From Felis catus (taxonomy: Eukaryota), in contig NC_058368.1 of NCBI RefSeq assembly GCF_018350175.1, positions 113,338,001 to 113,398,000 of the forward strand: a DNA stretch of 60,000 nt, given 5' to 3'. How positions within the stretch are numbered: the stretch's first letter is position 1; each line of letters begins with the position of its first letter. Position numbers and translations under genes: made by a program. Shown piece after piece: positions 10,661 through 24,760 of the stretch. Under the pieces are notes generated by a model that had not been told where the DNA came from, made no database searches, and worked only from the letters and a program-made list of their open reading frames with translations.

Positions 10661-12687
10661 TGCATTCTTAAGGGTTTATACGGTCCCATGTCATGTGTTT
10701 AGCAAGCTCATGGGACAGCGGTCCTCTAGGTCAGCCCAGGGCACTTGCAGCAATGACTCTCTCACAAAGAGAGCCAAGCGTAGGGAATCCTCTGCAGACT
10801 GTGCTGAGAAGGCGCGCACGTAGTTACATCATTCTGCACGTAGAAAGGCACATGGGTGGTGTCTTTCCCAAGGGTCCCGACAGGGCTCTTGTCGTGGCCC
10901 CACTGGTATGTGGGCTCAACGAGAGCAGGGATCTTGGTGTTTTACTGAGGCATCTCAGGTACCTAAAGGAGGGCCCAGAACAGAGGAGATGCTCCTATTT
11001 ATTCAGCGAAAGAAAAACATGAATGAGGTAGGCAATAAGCCCCCAAAGCCCTACCAGGCCAAAAACGTCACTAATGCAAAGGAAGCTCAGAGGGAACAGA
11101 ACTCTGTATCAGAGTCATAACCTCTCCAAAGCAGCCAACCAAGGCCCCTTCTGTGGATTCACACTAATCTTCTCCTGGTTCCAAACTCCTAAGAACGCAG
11201 GCTCTTAAGTACTTAAGCTTCGGAGTTTCGACAACGCCGAAGCATCTCTCTACGCTGATTCTCCTTTGGAGACCATCCCAAAGCACCCCTGTGGATCCGT
11301 CTTCTGAGGGGCAGTTCTGGGCCACCTTCCTCACGCCGTCTGCTGTCTCTGTCATCCTTACCACAGAGGAGAGGCAGGGACTCGGGATTCTTGGATTCTC
11401 AAGCGATGACCTCTCTGCATAAAAACCCTCTCTCCTCACCCGTAAGGGAGAAGAAATGCAGACAGCGAAAGGGCAGCAGATTTCTAGGGTGATAAGGAGT
11501 CCATCGCGCACCCCCAGTAGCCCCTGACATTCTGCGGAATGAGAAAACAGATACTAGCTAAGCTATCCACCAATTCTTTCCAAAGCTACCACTCCCCAAG
11601 GTCAAAAAAAAGCCATTAACATCTCACCTTGGCCCGACATGAGATAAACATCACCAGCCAGGCAGCCTCACTTTCTGTCTGCTCTAGACAATTCCTTCCT
11701 CTCTCCGCCTTTACTCACTCTAGAAAAATAAACCCCAAATGCCTTCATGAATAAAGGCTGCATACGCTCAAAAGAGCCAACGAAAATGAAGCTGTGGGTA
11801 AAGGTGACCAAAAATGCCAAATCAGACTTTTGACCAAATGCAACAAGATGAAGGTGATTTTTTTTTTCAATAAAACAGTAACTTAAACTTTGAATTACTG
11901 CCTGATTTTACTGCTTAGAGATGAGAGAGCCTACAGTGCTGAACGAAAAAGTCATATCACTCAAACAGGATTTTCTTTGCTTGGCATCACCTATGTGAAA
12001 AATACATTTAAGTAATAAAATGCCCTTGGCAAGAGTTCATTGTCTGATGATGGAGCTGAGTTGTGGACATGGTGCGGACTGCACAGTCTGTCTTTTTTCC
12101 TCTTTTGATGATAGAGTTTCCACCCCCACACAGATCTCATCTCATTTCTCCTGGAATCTGATGAGCTGTCCCATGAGGTTGACTCTTGTGGCCACGCTGC
12201 CCCATGAGCGAAGTGCGAGCTGATGGTTCCTAGTGCTTAAGCCATGTCCAGAAATGTCTAGGTCCTGTCATTCATGGGGAACCCCTCTCCTTTCGTACTT
12301 TCTACTGAAGCCCAAACGACAGATCCGGTGACTCTGAGATTGCCAACGGCTTGATACTGAGATCACAAGACTGGGTGATATACAGGCATCTGAGGCGGGA
12401 ATGCAGGTACGTGACTAACTTCTGGGGACGTACAAAAAGATCCAGATCTCAATCCAGGAGGCCAGCCCTGAGGACAAAGGGGGCATGAGACATGCCCGAC
12501 ACTTGCAAAAAGCTGAGTCTTGTGATGAGGTGCCAGGACTCCAACCAGGGGAGTGGGGATAGTTATATAAATGAATTGTCAAGAATCCAAAAAGGAGGGG
12601 CAGGAATAGAGACCCGGCTATGAAGAGGTAGGCACTGGGGAAAAGACACCACTGGAAGTCCCTGTGGGGATTGTAAGCGTGAGTGTA

Positions 12688-12932
12688 TTATTTTTTAATC
12701 TTTTTTAATATTTATTTTTTTTTGAGAGAGAGAGAGAGAGTGAGAGAGAGAGAAAGAGAACAAACAAGCAAGGGAAGGGCAGAGACAGAGAAAGAGAGAA
12801 AGAATCCCAAGCAGGCTATGCACTGACAGCACAGAGCCTGATGCAGGACTTGAACCCACGAACGGGAAGATCACGACCTGAGCCAAAACGAGGAGTCGGA
12901 TACTCACTGACTGAGCTGCCCAGGCGACCCCC
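12688..12932 (-). mobile_element. Can-SINE
   Basis: T tail, (GA)n, agaatcccaagcaggct..gacctgagcc..ctgagctgcccaggcgacccc; degenerate TSD aag(c/g)gtgagt. Confidence 0.95.
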
Positions 12933-13719
12933 TCAAGGGTGAGTTTAAATGAAGATGCAGGACAGTCATCCAGGTACCAAGGAAACAAGACACAGGAGAA
13001 GGTGGTGCAGCTTCTGAGGGTCAATCAGCCTTAGATGTGCACCCCAGCCTCGTGTCCTTGGGCATGGAATGGGACCAGGAAGGCGGTAGAGTCTGGACAG
13101 CGCCTCAGTCTACAGAAGTCTGAGCAAGGCAACACCACTTCAAAGATCCAGGAGCTCATTACGTATCTTGTCCTTGGCTCCAAGCTTCACACAAGCCTTT
13201 GCTTCCTGTGATTTCAAAGTTAGAAAGTTCAAACTAGTCTCCTCCCACTCCCACCCAGTTTCTCCTTGTGTATTTCGATATCAGTCCAGAACCTGTGTTA
13301 ATCAGGCCAAAATTCATTAAGGAAGGCCAACTGTGATCTCCAGGAAGCTAGCGGCTCCGCATGTAACATAATTTTTGTTTCATACAGCTGAGTGATTTTT
13401 CAAACAGTCTAACACCAAGCTCTGGATGAGGGTGGGAGGGAACCCCCATAAAAGAAATGGAACAGATACTGTCTCACAGAGCCTGTTGCAACGTGCGTGC
13501 TCCCTCCCGTTTGGGGGAATCCTGCACAACAAAGTAATAACGAGCACTCACACTGTGGCACCTTCATCGTGTCCCTGCCACAGATAATTAAGCTCAGCAA
13601 TTAACGCCTTCCCTTTGCTGCCTTGGGAGGAAGCCACGTGTGAAGTTCAGAGGGAAGCCAGTGTATCAGCCGCCTAAACCCTCGGCAACTACACTGCTGA
13701 CCTCCCAGGATCAGAGAGG

Positions 13720-13885
13720 GGTTGGAGCAGAGGCATGAGAACGAGCCAGAGTGAGTTCAAATCCTCCCTGGCTCCAGACTTCCTAGCTATGGGAAAGTGA
13801 GTTAAGCCTCCTGTTCCCGACTTTCCTAATTTATAAAATGGAGGATATAATAATACCTGACTCAATGGGATGATATAATCCATTT
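13720..13885 (+). mobile_element. MIR
   Basis: gagttcaaatcc..ggctccagacttcctagctatg..tttcctaatttataaaatggaggatataataatacct. Confidence 0.75.
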
Positions 13886-14254
13886 ATGCAACTAGTATTT
13901 TTGTGGAGCACCTACTATGTGCCAGGCAATATTCTAGTTGATAGTGATATAGCAGGGAACAAAAGAGGAAACTGTGTTATCCTCTAGGGGCTTACATTCT
14001 AGAAAAGCCAGATGCTAGAAAAAAATCAACAAAGAATGAAATGATGTGTATGTATCAAGTGCTTAGCACAAGGCCAGACACAGAGCATGCGCTCGGGGAG
14101 AGATGAAAGGCACACGATACGTTTAGGGTACCTGTCGGCCCTACCACGCCTGTCCATGGAAAGAATGGACGATTTTTCAGCCTTCTTCCTGGGGAGCCTG
14201 GCCAAGCTTCTGTCCCTCCAGTGTGACAGAAGTAAACAAGGATCTAATAAGAAT

Positions 14255-14720
14255 CCTACAGGAGTCAGGAATTTGGAGACAGACAAACCCAGACTCAACT
14301 ATCAACTCTCGCTTGCTCACTCATTGCCCTAGAGCAAGTCACTTAACTTTCTTTTTATTTAATTTGTTTTAAGTTTGTTTGTTCGTTTGTTTACTTTGAG
14401 AGAGAGCATGCATAATCGAGCGGAGGAGAGGCAGAGAGAGAGAGAGAGAAAATTCCAAGCAGGCTCCGCACCATCCGTGCAGTGTCTGATGTGGGTCTCG
14501 AACCCATGAACCATGAGATCGTGACCTAAGATGAAATCAAGACTCAGATGCTTAACCGACTGAGCCACCCAGGTGCCCCAAGTCACTTCAGGTGCTGATG
14601 CCCAGTTTCCGCATACATAAAATGGGGATGCTAGTGGAACCTGCCTCCCTGAGCTGTGAGGATTAATTAGGATTATGGTTAAGACTCAGCTGGGTGCCTG
14701 GCACAGTACAGCACTCATTC
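14255..14720 (+). mobile_element. MIR split by a SINE
   Basis: tttggagacagacaaacccagactcaa..gcaagtcactt | cagtttccgcatacataaaatgggga..gtgaggatta..gtgcctggcacagta. Confidence 0.75.
14348..14579 (-). mobile_element. Can-SINE inside MIR
   Basis: ..cttaaccgactgagccacccaggtgcccc. TSD caagtcactt at 14335-14344 and 14579-14588. Confidence 0.95.
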
Positions 14721-17700
14721 CCCCCTGCCAGACCCACCCTCATCCCCACGCAGACTCAGGCAGCCGCAGCTGCTTCGGGGACCGTGCCCAGGGTGCCTGA
14801 GTCACTTCACTTGTCACCCATAAAGATGCCGTAAATGCCAGCCCCACAAGGTGGGTTTGCCCCTTCTGCTTGATAACGGCATCGCTGTGCAGCAGCAGGA
14901 CGTGCCCCAGAAGCTGGAGCCACGGTGGGGGGATTGACGACTCTCTTCTTCCTTGCAGACCGTACAGTCCTGGTGGGCAAAGGCTCACCTTCCTGAGCAT
15001 TCCTCTCGGGGCCTGGGCTGTCACTGGGACCCAGAAAACACTTGAGGGATGAAAATGAGCTGAAGCAGAATCGGTCCAGGGGGCCACCGAGAAGCCACTA
15101 TTCGAGAGGAACTCGTCACTTTGATCCCCCCGCCCCCTCAAAAAGCTCCCTGTGAGACGTATTAGTAAAAAATAAATGTCCTGCTAAAGACATTACAGGA
15201 CCACAGAAGCGGTTGTATCAGAAAGAAAATGTCAGTTAGTTTTCTCAATCTCCAGAATCTCTCTTCAGCTGCCTAGTGACCCATTCCCTCCTTCAGGAAC
15301 AGCCACCATTTCACTGGTTCCGGGTGTTTCCCTGGCTATCCACAAGCTCAGCCTTCCAGGGAAATAATGGGCCCTTGGAGGGATCCACCGTGTTTCGAAG
15401 GCAGGGGATTTATACAGAGCACATAATTTGCCACAGACAAATATACTGTATTTATTGCAGTTATAATCAGAACAAAATTATAAAGTTTCCATGGTTCCAG
15501 AACACAACCAAATAAGCAATTCTAACAGAAGGGACTCTCAGCAGCCGGAGAAACAAACCACAAAAGGAAGTCACAAGTCTGAGGGTTCCCTAAGTAGCCC
15601 CACTGAGATCATCCAGAAGTGCCCCCACCTGATGCCACGACACACAGGCGCACACATGCACAGGGCAGGTGACCAAGGATAGCAACGTGTGACACGGACC
15701 TAACGGGAGCTGTCAGAAAGGATCCGTAAGTTACTAGAAAGGAAAAACCAAGATTTAAATTTAGGGCCATGACAAACCATAGCTCTGAGGCATTTGAGAG
15801 GCGAGAGCAGGAAAGTGACATTTCCCCAAACAGAAGCTCAGCTCCAGTGCAATGATCCCACTCACCATCTGTACCGGGTGTAGAGCTGCTGGCCGGCCTC
15901 CCCACCGGCTTTGTGACACCAGAAGGAGGGAGCAGACAGGCTACTGACAGGGAGGGCTGGCAGGAGATGCTTCAGGGAAAGAGACTTGTGTCCTAGCCAC
16001 CACTAAGAACACAACCACTCTATGCACTGGGGAAGAAGAACCTTACCCTTCCTAGGGGAATGATGACCAGGAAGGTCAGGTACACGCCCTTGTGAAAGAA
16101 AATGGCCAAGTCCATTCCTGTTCCACCAGTACTCAAGTGGATGACAAGGACAGAAATGATGAGGCCTATACCTACTTAAGTTTTGCACTCATTAGTTTTG
16201 ATCCTTACTTGGAAAGCCTGCGAGGAGGTTCTTCAGGTATTTGCTAATCAGATGGGTGGGAAATGGCATCAGACTATAGTTTCACCTGCACAAAACCCCT
16301 CCCCGCTTCCTGCTCCCACAAGGCAGCGCCATTCAGGGCCGGGGCCATGGGCTTTGCAGTCTGAAGGACTTCCGCTTGATCCCAGGGTTGCCACATGCTA
16401 AATGAGTCTGGTTTGCCCATCTGTAGACTGAAAATAACAACAACACTTACTTCAAGCGCTGTTTTATTTAAGGCAAATGAAATGAAAAATGCTCTGGGAG
16501 TGTTTAGCACCGGGACTCCCCATCTGGTCCTCCTTCCTTTTCCTAAGAAGGGCCCTGAATCTTCCCATCCCATTCCCTAGGTTAACTTGGTGCCTCCCAG
16601 CTGAGGACACCTGAGCTCCTCGAAATATGCAAAGAACTGTTTCCAGAACTCTGGCTCCTTCCCTCTGCTCCTCTCCCGTCATCTCTCCCCATGACACACT
16701 CTGCCCAACCACGTGCTTTCTTGGTCAGGGACAACATAAGCCACCCCAAAGGTTACGATACGTCAAGGGCTCATCGTCCCCCCAACCAGCTGCCACCTCG
16801 GTGCAGAAACTGGGCAAGGACAGCCATGCTGCCTCTGTCATCATTGGCTTCGTCTGATGGATGAAGAAGTGGAGTCTCTGAGAAATCACACGATTTGTCC
16901 AAGGTTACCGGGATAACACACAGGAAAGCTGAAAGGTGACTAATGTCTTCTGAGTCCTGATCAAATGCTCGTTATGTAACAAGCCGTCATTTCCCCAGCG
17001 GCGGGAGAAGTCCTTGTAGGTATTTGTGGAAATGAATGAAATCAATACATAAGAATACATGAGGCCGAGCCTCCTGAACAGACAGATGATGGGGATAGTG
17101 CACAGCCTGGTTTTCTTTTCCTCCCACCTGAGTAAGCGCAGCAGGGCCAGAGGATGAAAGAGTCACTGAGTGACCTCCCTTCTTCCCTAGAGGCAACGGC
17201 CACACTCGTCGGCTGCAGGTGAATGAGCTGCTGGCGGGAGGTCTCCACCCCTCCGACCTCTGCTCTTCCCAAGAGGCCCTGATTCGGTCTGGGTCCCGAG
17301 AGGGGTGAACGGAGACAAGCCACCTCACCTCTCCGAACTTCCGTGTCTTCCTCTGGAAGACAGGGATAGCACCACTGGCATTTTGGGGCTAGGTACTAAG
17401 TGAGAGAAGAGAGGTAAATAAAGCTTTTGGCATGGTGCAGCATCAGTAAACAGTAGCTATTTTATCTTTATTGTTCTGTGACTATTATCATGATCAACAC
17501 TGTTGTTCATGTCATCAAGTTCATCTAAAAGAGCTATCTCCTCAAGATCTCCCACCCTCAAAACTCCCACAGCCTTTGGTGTCTGCTCAGCCGGGAGGGC
17601 TTGAGATCTTGCTTCTCTGGGAAGCAACAGCCGGCAGCACCTCCCCCAGTGAATGGCACGGCATGGCTGCCAGGGCTGGGGACCCAGGGAGCTCTGTGAC

Positions 17701-19833
17701 ATGGCACGCAGGCAAGGTTAGAGCCAGAAGCACAGCACCAGCTGACGTTTCAGGGGCCGAGAGATGGCTTCCTAAGTCTCATGGGAGGGAGGGCAATGGG
17801 GACGTCAGAAAGGAAGTCAGGAAGCAGGCAGAAAAAAAAAAAAAAGAGGGAAAGAAGAACCAAAATAAGCATGTGAGCCAGGGAAAACACAGGGGTAGCT
17901 CTATTTAACCGGAACCATCCACCCAGGATTTCTACACATGGGACTGCTGACACTATGTTTTCTCTCAGCTTCCTGGTGCCTATAAGCATCTGTTACCCTC
18001 CCGTGAAAAGCTCTTGAGTGGAAGTCAGGAAACTCAGGGTCTAGTCTCTGCTGAGACTATAACCTGATTCCTCTGGTCTCAGTCTTCATGTCTGTGAACA
18101 CTGCTGGGGGGTCAAGGAGTGGGGACCAGGAGAGGCCGGACTAGTTAGGTTCTAGGCCTCCCCCCCAACTCAAATACACTGTGCCTGCATTAGCCAAAAG
18201 AATATTCCACCTCAAAATGGATGTGGTCTCCTCCCCAGGGAAGGGCCTACATCCCACAAAGCCACCCACAGATGTGACTGCAGTCTCGGAGCAACAGCAT
18301 GGAAGTGAAGTCACATGCTCACCTCCTACAAACTCATGAGGCAAATTAAACTTCCTACCACCACTGGTTTTAATCCATGTGAGATGGCTGTCCATTTCTC
18401 GTGGGCTCAGCAATCTCTCACAGATTTGAAAGGTGAGCAGTCTCTGTCTCCCAAATGGGCGTGTTTCTACTTGGGGATACAAATCACCTGACTGGCTTGC
18501 TCCAAGGCATTTATAAAGAAAGGTAAAAAGAGTGATGATATCAGGATGTCAAATCTATCAACCTTGTAGAGCAAGTCTGCTAATCCTGCTGCCACTCATC
18601 TTACCTACCATCACCCCCGCCCCTCCGATGTCCTTAGCTTTTCATGCCAATCACCTTTGTTCTGGCAGAAACTGTATGTTGAGAGATTCACAAAGTAGTA
18701 GCAAGGTCATGGTTCTCGATTTCAAAGAGTTTTCAAGTAGATTAACAAATGGATCAGCTAGCATATTCTACCAGATTGGCCACAGTGACATGGTGGACCA
18801 GGGCAAGTGACCCTCAGTGCTGTGGGAACTGAAAGACAGCAAACCCAAGGGGGGAGAAGTCTTCTCGGTGGCCTTACAACTTGGTGCGAGGTTCTGAAGA
18901 CAAGGAAAGAACAAGGCATGGCGGAGACCAGGAGCAAGGGCAGAGATTAGGAAAGAGGCTTCAAATTCTAACTAGAGCCTATTTTTGTCATGAGGAGCAA
19001 GAAGAAGCTATTGCATTTACTCAAGCAGAGGAGAAGCACAGTCTGAGTGCCCGGAGAGGAGGCCAGGAAGAACAACGCGACCCTAGCCAGTAGGAGGCAT
19101 TGGAGAGCCACGTGAGACCTAGATGAGGAGCTACAGAAACGCAGGAACAGAGAGAGGATGAGAGGGTCTGCTCCTGACAGAGCCTGCATATCGCCACCCT
19201 TGTAGGCTTCCCATCTCCCTCCTGGTCCCTGCTCATGAGCATCCAAGTCTTTGACACCTCCTCTGAACCAAAATGGAAGAACACAAAACCAAAAATCTTT
19301 ACAGCCACTCTCCCTTAATAGCTTCTAATTTTCCATTAGCCCTGCTGGGGAAGGCAAGCAGAAATGCCTTCAGGCTCCCAAAGTCAAAACTGTAGCAACA
19401 GCCCATATCTCATATTGAATGCACCAACCCTAATGGCCAACATGCTAATTCCCAGGATGTGGCCACCCTCCTCCTTCTCCCACACCTTCTACAATGTGAG
19501 GGCCTTGGTGCCAGTGACCTGAGGGCGGTGGGATACTATCAAGGTCTCCTTCATACCCAGGACCTGGAGAGCTCTGCTACTGTCTCTCAGTGTCTCCTGA
19601 GTGACCTCACCAGCACACCTGCTTACGATCTCATTCAATAGGAAACCGAGGGAATGACTTCTGGAAGCCATGCAAAGCAGATGAGGCTTTCATAAAGAGA
19701 TATTCTCCACTGAACCTGGATGCCCACTCAACTCCGAAGTCCCATCAGATGCATCATCTCATACTGAGACAGAAATATCCAAATCTACACTATTTTTTAG
19801 GGAAAAAAAGAAGTATAAATACTGAGAGTAAGC

Positions 19834-20952
<1,119 letters not shown>

Positions 20953-23249
20953 GAGAGTAAGCTTTTAAAAACTCATTTTTGAAGATACTTTGGAAGTCCT
21001 CACTAGAGAGCTTGTAACCATAAAAGATAGCTCTATGGTTTGAGCTTTAACAAGGAAGAGAAGGGCATCTTCTGAAGTACCTAGCAATGTGACCGAGGCC
21101 ACCAGCAGGCTGGACATTCTACTCCCCAAAGAATCGGCTGGAATATAAGCACTGGATCTAACACTTGGTGCTAGGTATTTTTTGCTCATTTACTTGGTTG
21201 GGAGTCCATGGAGAAATGGAACCAACTTGGAAACGGTCCATCATTTAGAACAACAGAAATGGAAGCAATATTTTCTCTAACAAAATGTGCAAATCCCACG
21301 TGAGACAAGATGCTAGTTTTAAGATTCTATTTCAATGAACAAGGGTTGAGCTTGCCTCAAGAACAAAACGATTTTTTGCGAAACAGCAATTTGAAGTTCA
21401 TCCTTTTGTCAACAAAATTGCTGTGTAATTTCCAAACTTCTCACAGAGAAGCAATTAGCCAACAAACACATCCGTGAATCATAACACCCTGGGAGAAGGA
21501 GAAGAATCCCAGCTCTGTTCTCCACCCTGGAGCGCCTCTGTTGTCCTGGTCTGCAGGAGGGAACCTGAACCCCTAGTCTCTGCCTCTGGTCGTATCCAGG
21601 CCTTCCTCCCTGTGTGCATGGCAGGCATCTGGCAGGCAGATACAGACTGCTGGGGGACATGTGAACTTCCACTGCAGTGGCGGCTAAAAGTGTCGACTCC
21701 TAGAGGGCAGGCACCATGCCCAATCCTGCCTCCACACTCCCCAAGGCACAGCCAAGTAGGGGGACCACAACACAGCAAGCATTTTTGCTGCCTGAAGTCA
21801 ATGAAAGAGCAGACTCAGTCAAGTTCAGACGCTATGCAGAGTTTCATCTTGAAAGCATGAAACACCTCTCAAAAGCTCCAGAGTCCCCAAGTTGGAAGAG
21901 AAAAAGGGTCATGGCACAAATAGAATAGGCAGATTTTGTGAAAGGAAAATCCCTTTGTTCCCCTGGGCTTTCAAGCAAGGGGCTTTGACAAGAAGCAACT
22001 TGATTCTCTTGAGACTCTCAGGCACCTGTCATCATGAAGCACATTCTCTTTCTCACAGTACTCTCTGGCTCAGTTTCAGATTCCAGGCTACCTCCTCCCT
22101 CATCTCCTTACATGCTTATACAGCCATGGATCTGAGCCAAGCCGCAAAGAAAAAGCAACACAAGAATAAGGAAACTTGGGCCACAGTTTTCCTTCCCACC
22201 TCTCTGTGTTCAATGGGCAAGAGGCAAAGACTAGCAGAGACACAAAGACAGGCATGGTGAAGTGGGCCAGATGGGTGCAAAGGTGTATCTAACGAACCTG
22301 ACAGTTTACGAGTTTGAGGGCTCTGCCTTCAAACGTGGTAGCCTGAAAGTCACTTCCTTTATCTTTCCAGGGACTGTCTCTTCTCTACTCCAACCCTTCC
22401 TTTCACCAACATTGACTGAGTGCCTACAAGCTGCAGGCACTGTAGCCAGGGATAGAAAGTAACGGGGACTAGCAGAACAGCACAAAACCCGCACAAGACG
22501 ACACTCCCAAGGGTTATGCTAAACTGAAATAATAAAACCCTCACTGCAGATGAAGGTGAGACACAATTCCGTCTTAAAAAGCATGAATACAAGGCAGCTA
22601 AATGCCCTGGGCCGTACTTGGAAAGAGCCTGGGCACATCTCTCAGTGGAGATGTGCCCATCGGCAGCCTCTACATTTAAGTCTTGGTTTACGATCAAGGG
22701 CAAATAAAAATAACAGTTTCTTGGACAGCCACATTTACATGAATTTCTGGGTCCCTCTGGCTCCCAGGCTCTCTAAGCCTTCCTCCTTATCAGCGGTCCA
22801 AGTGTGCTCACTGTTGGAGGATCATAGATCAGCCCCCGCCTCCAAATGCAGAGTACCCCGAGGCAAGGGCTTTGAATGGTTCATCTCTGTCATTCCCGGG
22901 GCTGGACACAAAGCTGGTGTGAAGGTACACATACAGAAAATGGTGAATTGAGGTCTTTTCTCCAGGACTGAGAGTTCCAGAAATGGGAGTTCATTTGTCT
23001 GTAGAGATTTTTACATTAGATTACATTTGCTCACCAAGCTACTCCTTCCAGTAAGACAAACAAGGGTTCCCCAAACTACTCCATCGTGTCAGTCCTTAAG
23101 GACACAATAAACTCTCATTTCCATTATTTTCCTGTCAAGTCCATCAGGAGGCCACATAGAGACCTCCATGGTGCACCCCTGCTCACCTCTTTGGCCTCAT
23201 CTCTCTCCCTTCCCCATCCACCGATGTTCGATACGCGAGTGTCTACTGA

Positions 23250-23520
23250 CTGAGTCACTTCTCTGTGCCAGGCATTGGGTAAGCTGCTGGGGATGAAGCA
23301 GTGAGCCAGAGATAAATGTGGTTCCTATTCTAAGTTACTCATAGTTTACTGGAGGAAAGAGATACTAATTTAGTAATCCTACAAATAGAAAATTAGACTT
23401 TAACTATGGTGAATGCCAAGAATAAAAGGTATGCAGCACGGGTGAGATATGCGACAAGGGGCATGACCAGCCCGAGGGCATGAGGGAAGGCGCTTATGAT
23501 CTGGAGGATAAGCAGGAGTT
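23250..23520 (-). mobile_element. L2 fragment
   Basis: ctgagtcacttctctgtgccaggcattgggtaagctgctggggatgaagcagtgagcc.. Confidence 0.65.
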
Positions 23521-24149
23521 CCTAGGCTTGTGTGAAGGGAGGGGGAGCATCAGGGCTCACTCCCACCTCTGCCAGCATCCTTCACACTTCTCATATACAG
23601 CTCAGCCATCACCTCCTCAGGAGGCTCTCCGTAACTTGCCAGGAGAGGTAGGAGGCCCTCCTGCGTGCCCATGTGGTGCTCTGCACATGCCCACCTTTAT
23701 TAGGAAGCCACTTACCAACACAAGACTTTCCATTTCCCCTTCTGAAATGGAAAATCTAGGAGGCCAGGAACTTCACCTAATACATTTTTACATCTGCAAT
23801 GCCCAGACAGGAACAAGCACCCAGTTCATCCCTGGTGAATGGAAGGAGAGACAGATGAACATACAGACAGATGGACACACTGTTTGTCACTTTCACCCAG
23901 CTTTCCTGTTTCTTTCAGACCTGCGTATCGGCACACATCAGTGTCAGGGCAGTCAGTGCCATCTTTGTATTTAGCATCAAGATCCTGTACTTCCCTATCT
24001 CCCCGGGGTTCCCAGAAGGCAATGTGAACAAACTGTCATCCTCATCAGTGGGCAGAAGGGCAGAATCATCCCCCAGCCCCAAGATATTCTGGACTGGAAG
24101 AAGCCCAGAGCTACACTCCAAAGCTACTCTGGCACATTTTGAGAACTCT

Positions 24150-24760
24150 ATACATCATTCAATCATCAAATCTTTCGTTCACAAATATTGACTGAGCACT
24201 TCCTTTGTGTAGACACTACTCGAGAAACTGAGCAGTCTGCTATACAGTCTGGAGGAACAAGTGAAATGAGATCATTGCAGACACAGGTAATCAGTACGAA
24301 GAAAGCAGAGAAACAGATTAGAAAGTGACTGAGGGGAAAGCTGGCTCTGTTGTGTGGTGGGTGGTCAAGGAGGGGTTCTCAGAGGAGGGGACCTTTCAGC
24401 TAAGACCTGAATGATGAGAAGGAGGAAGTCATGTGAAGTTGTGGTGGAAAGGCATTCAGGCAGAGGGAATGGCATGCACAAAATCCCCGATGCAGGACCA
24501 GTTCGGCACGCTACAGGGAGAAATGCACACCAAGGTGATCAGACAGAGCAACGACAGAGAGGCACGGTAAAATATGGTTAGAATGAGGCCAGGTCATGGC
24601 GGGCCTGGGGAGCACAATAAGGATTTGTGACGTCGTTGTACAGGTGACGGCAAGTGCACAGGTGTCTGGATCGCTTGCTCAGCTGCTCTGTGAGGAACCA
24701 ACCTCAGAGAACACTGATGGAAACAGAGAGGCCAGTGAGGAGGCCAAGTGGGGGCCCACG
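24150..24760 (-). mobile_element. L2 fragment
   Basis: cattcaat..acaaatattgactgagcac..gtggtcaaggaggggttctcagaggaggggacctttcagctaagacctgaatgatgagaagga..ggcagagggaatggcatgcacaaaatccc. Confidence 0.75.
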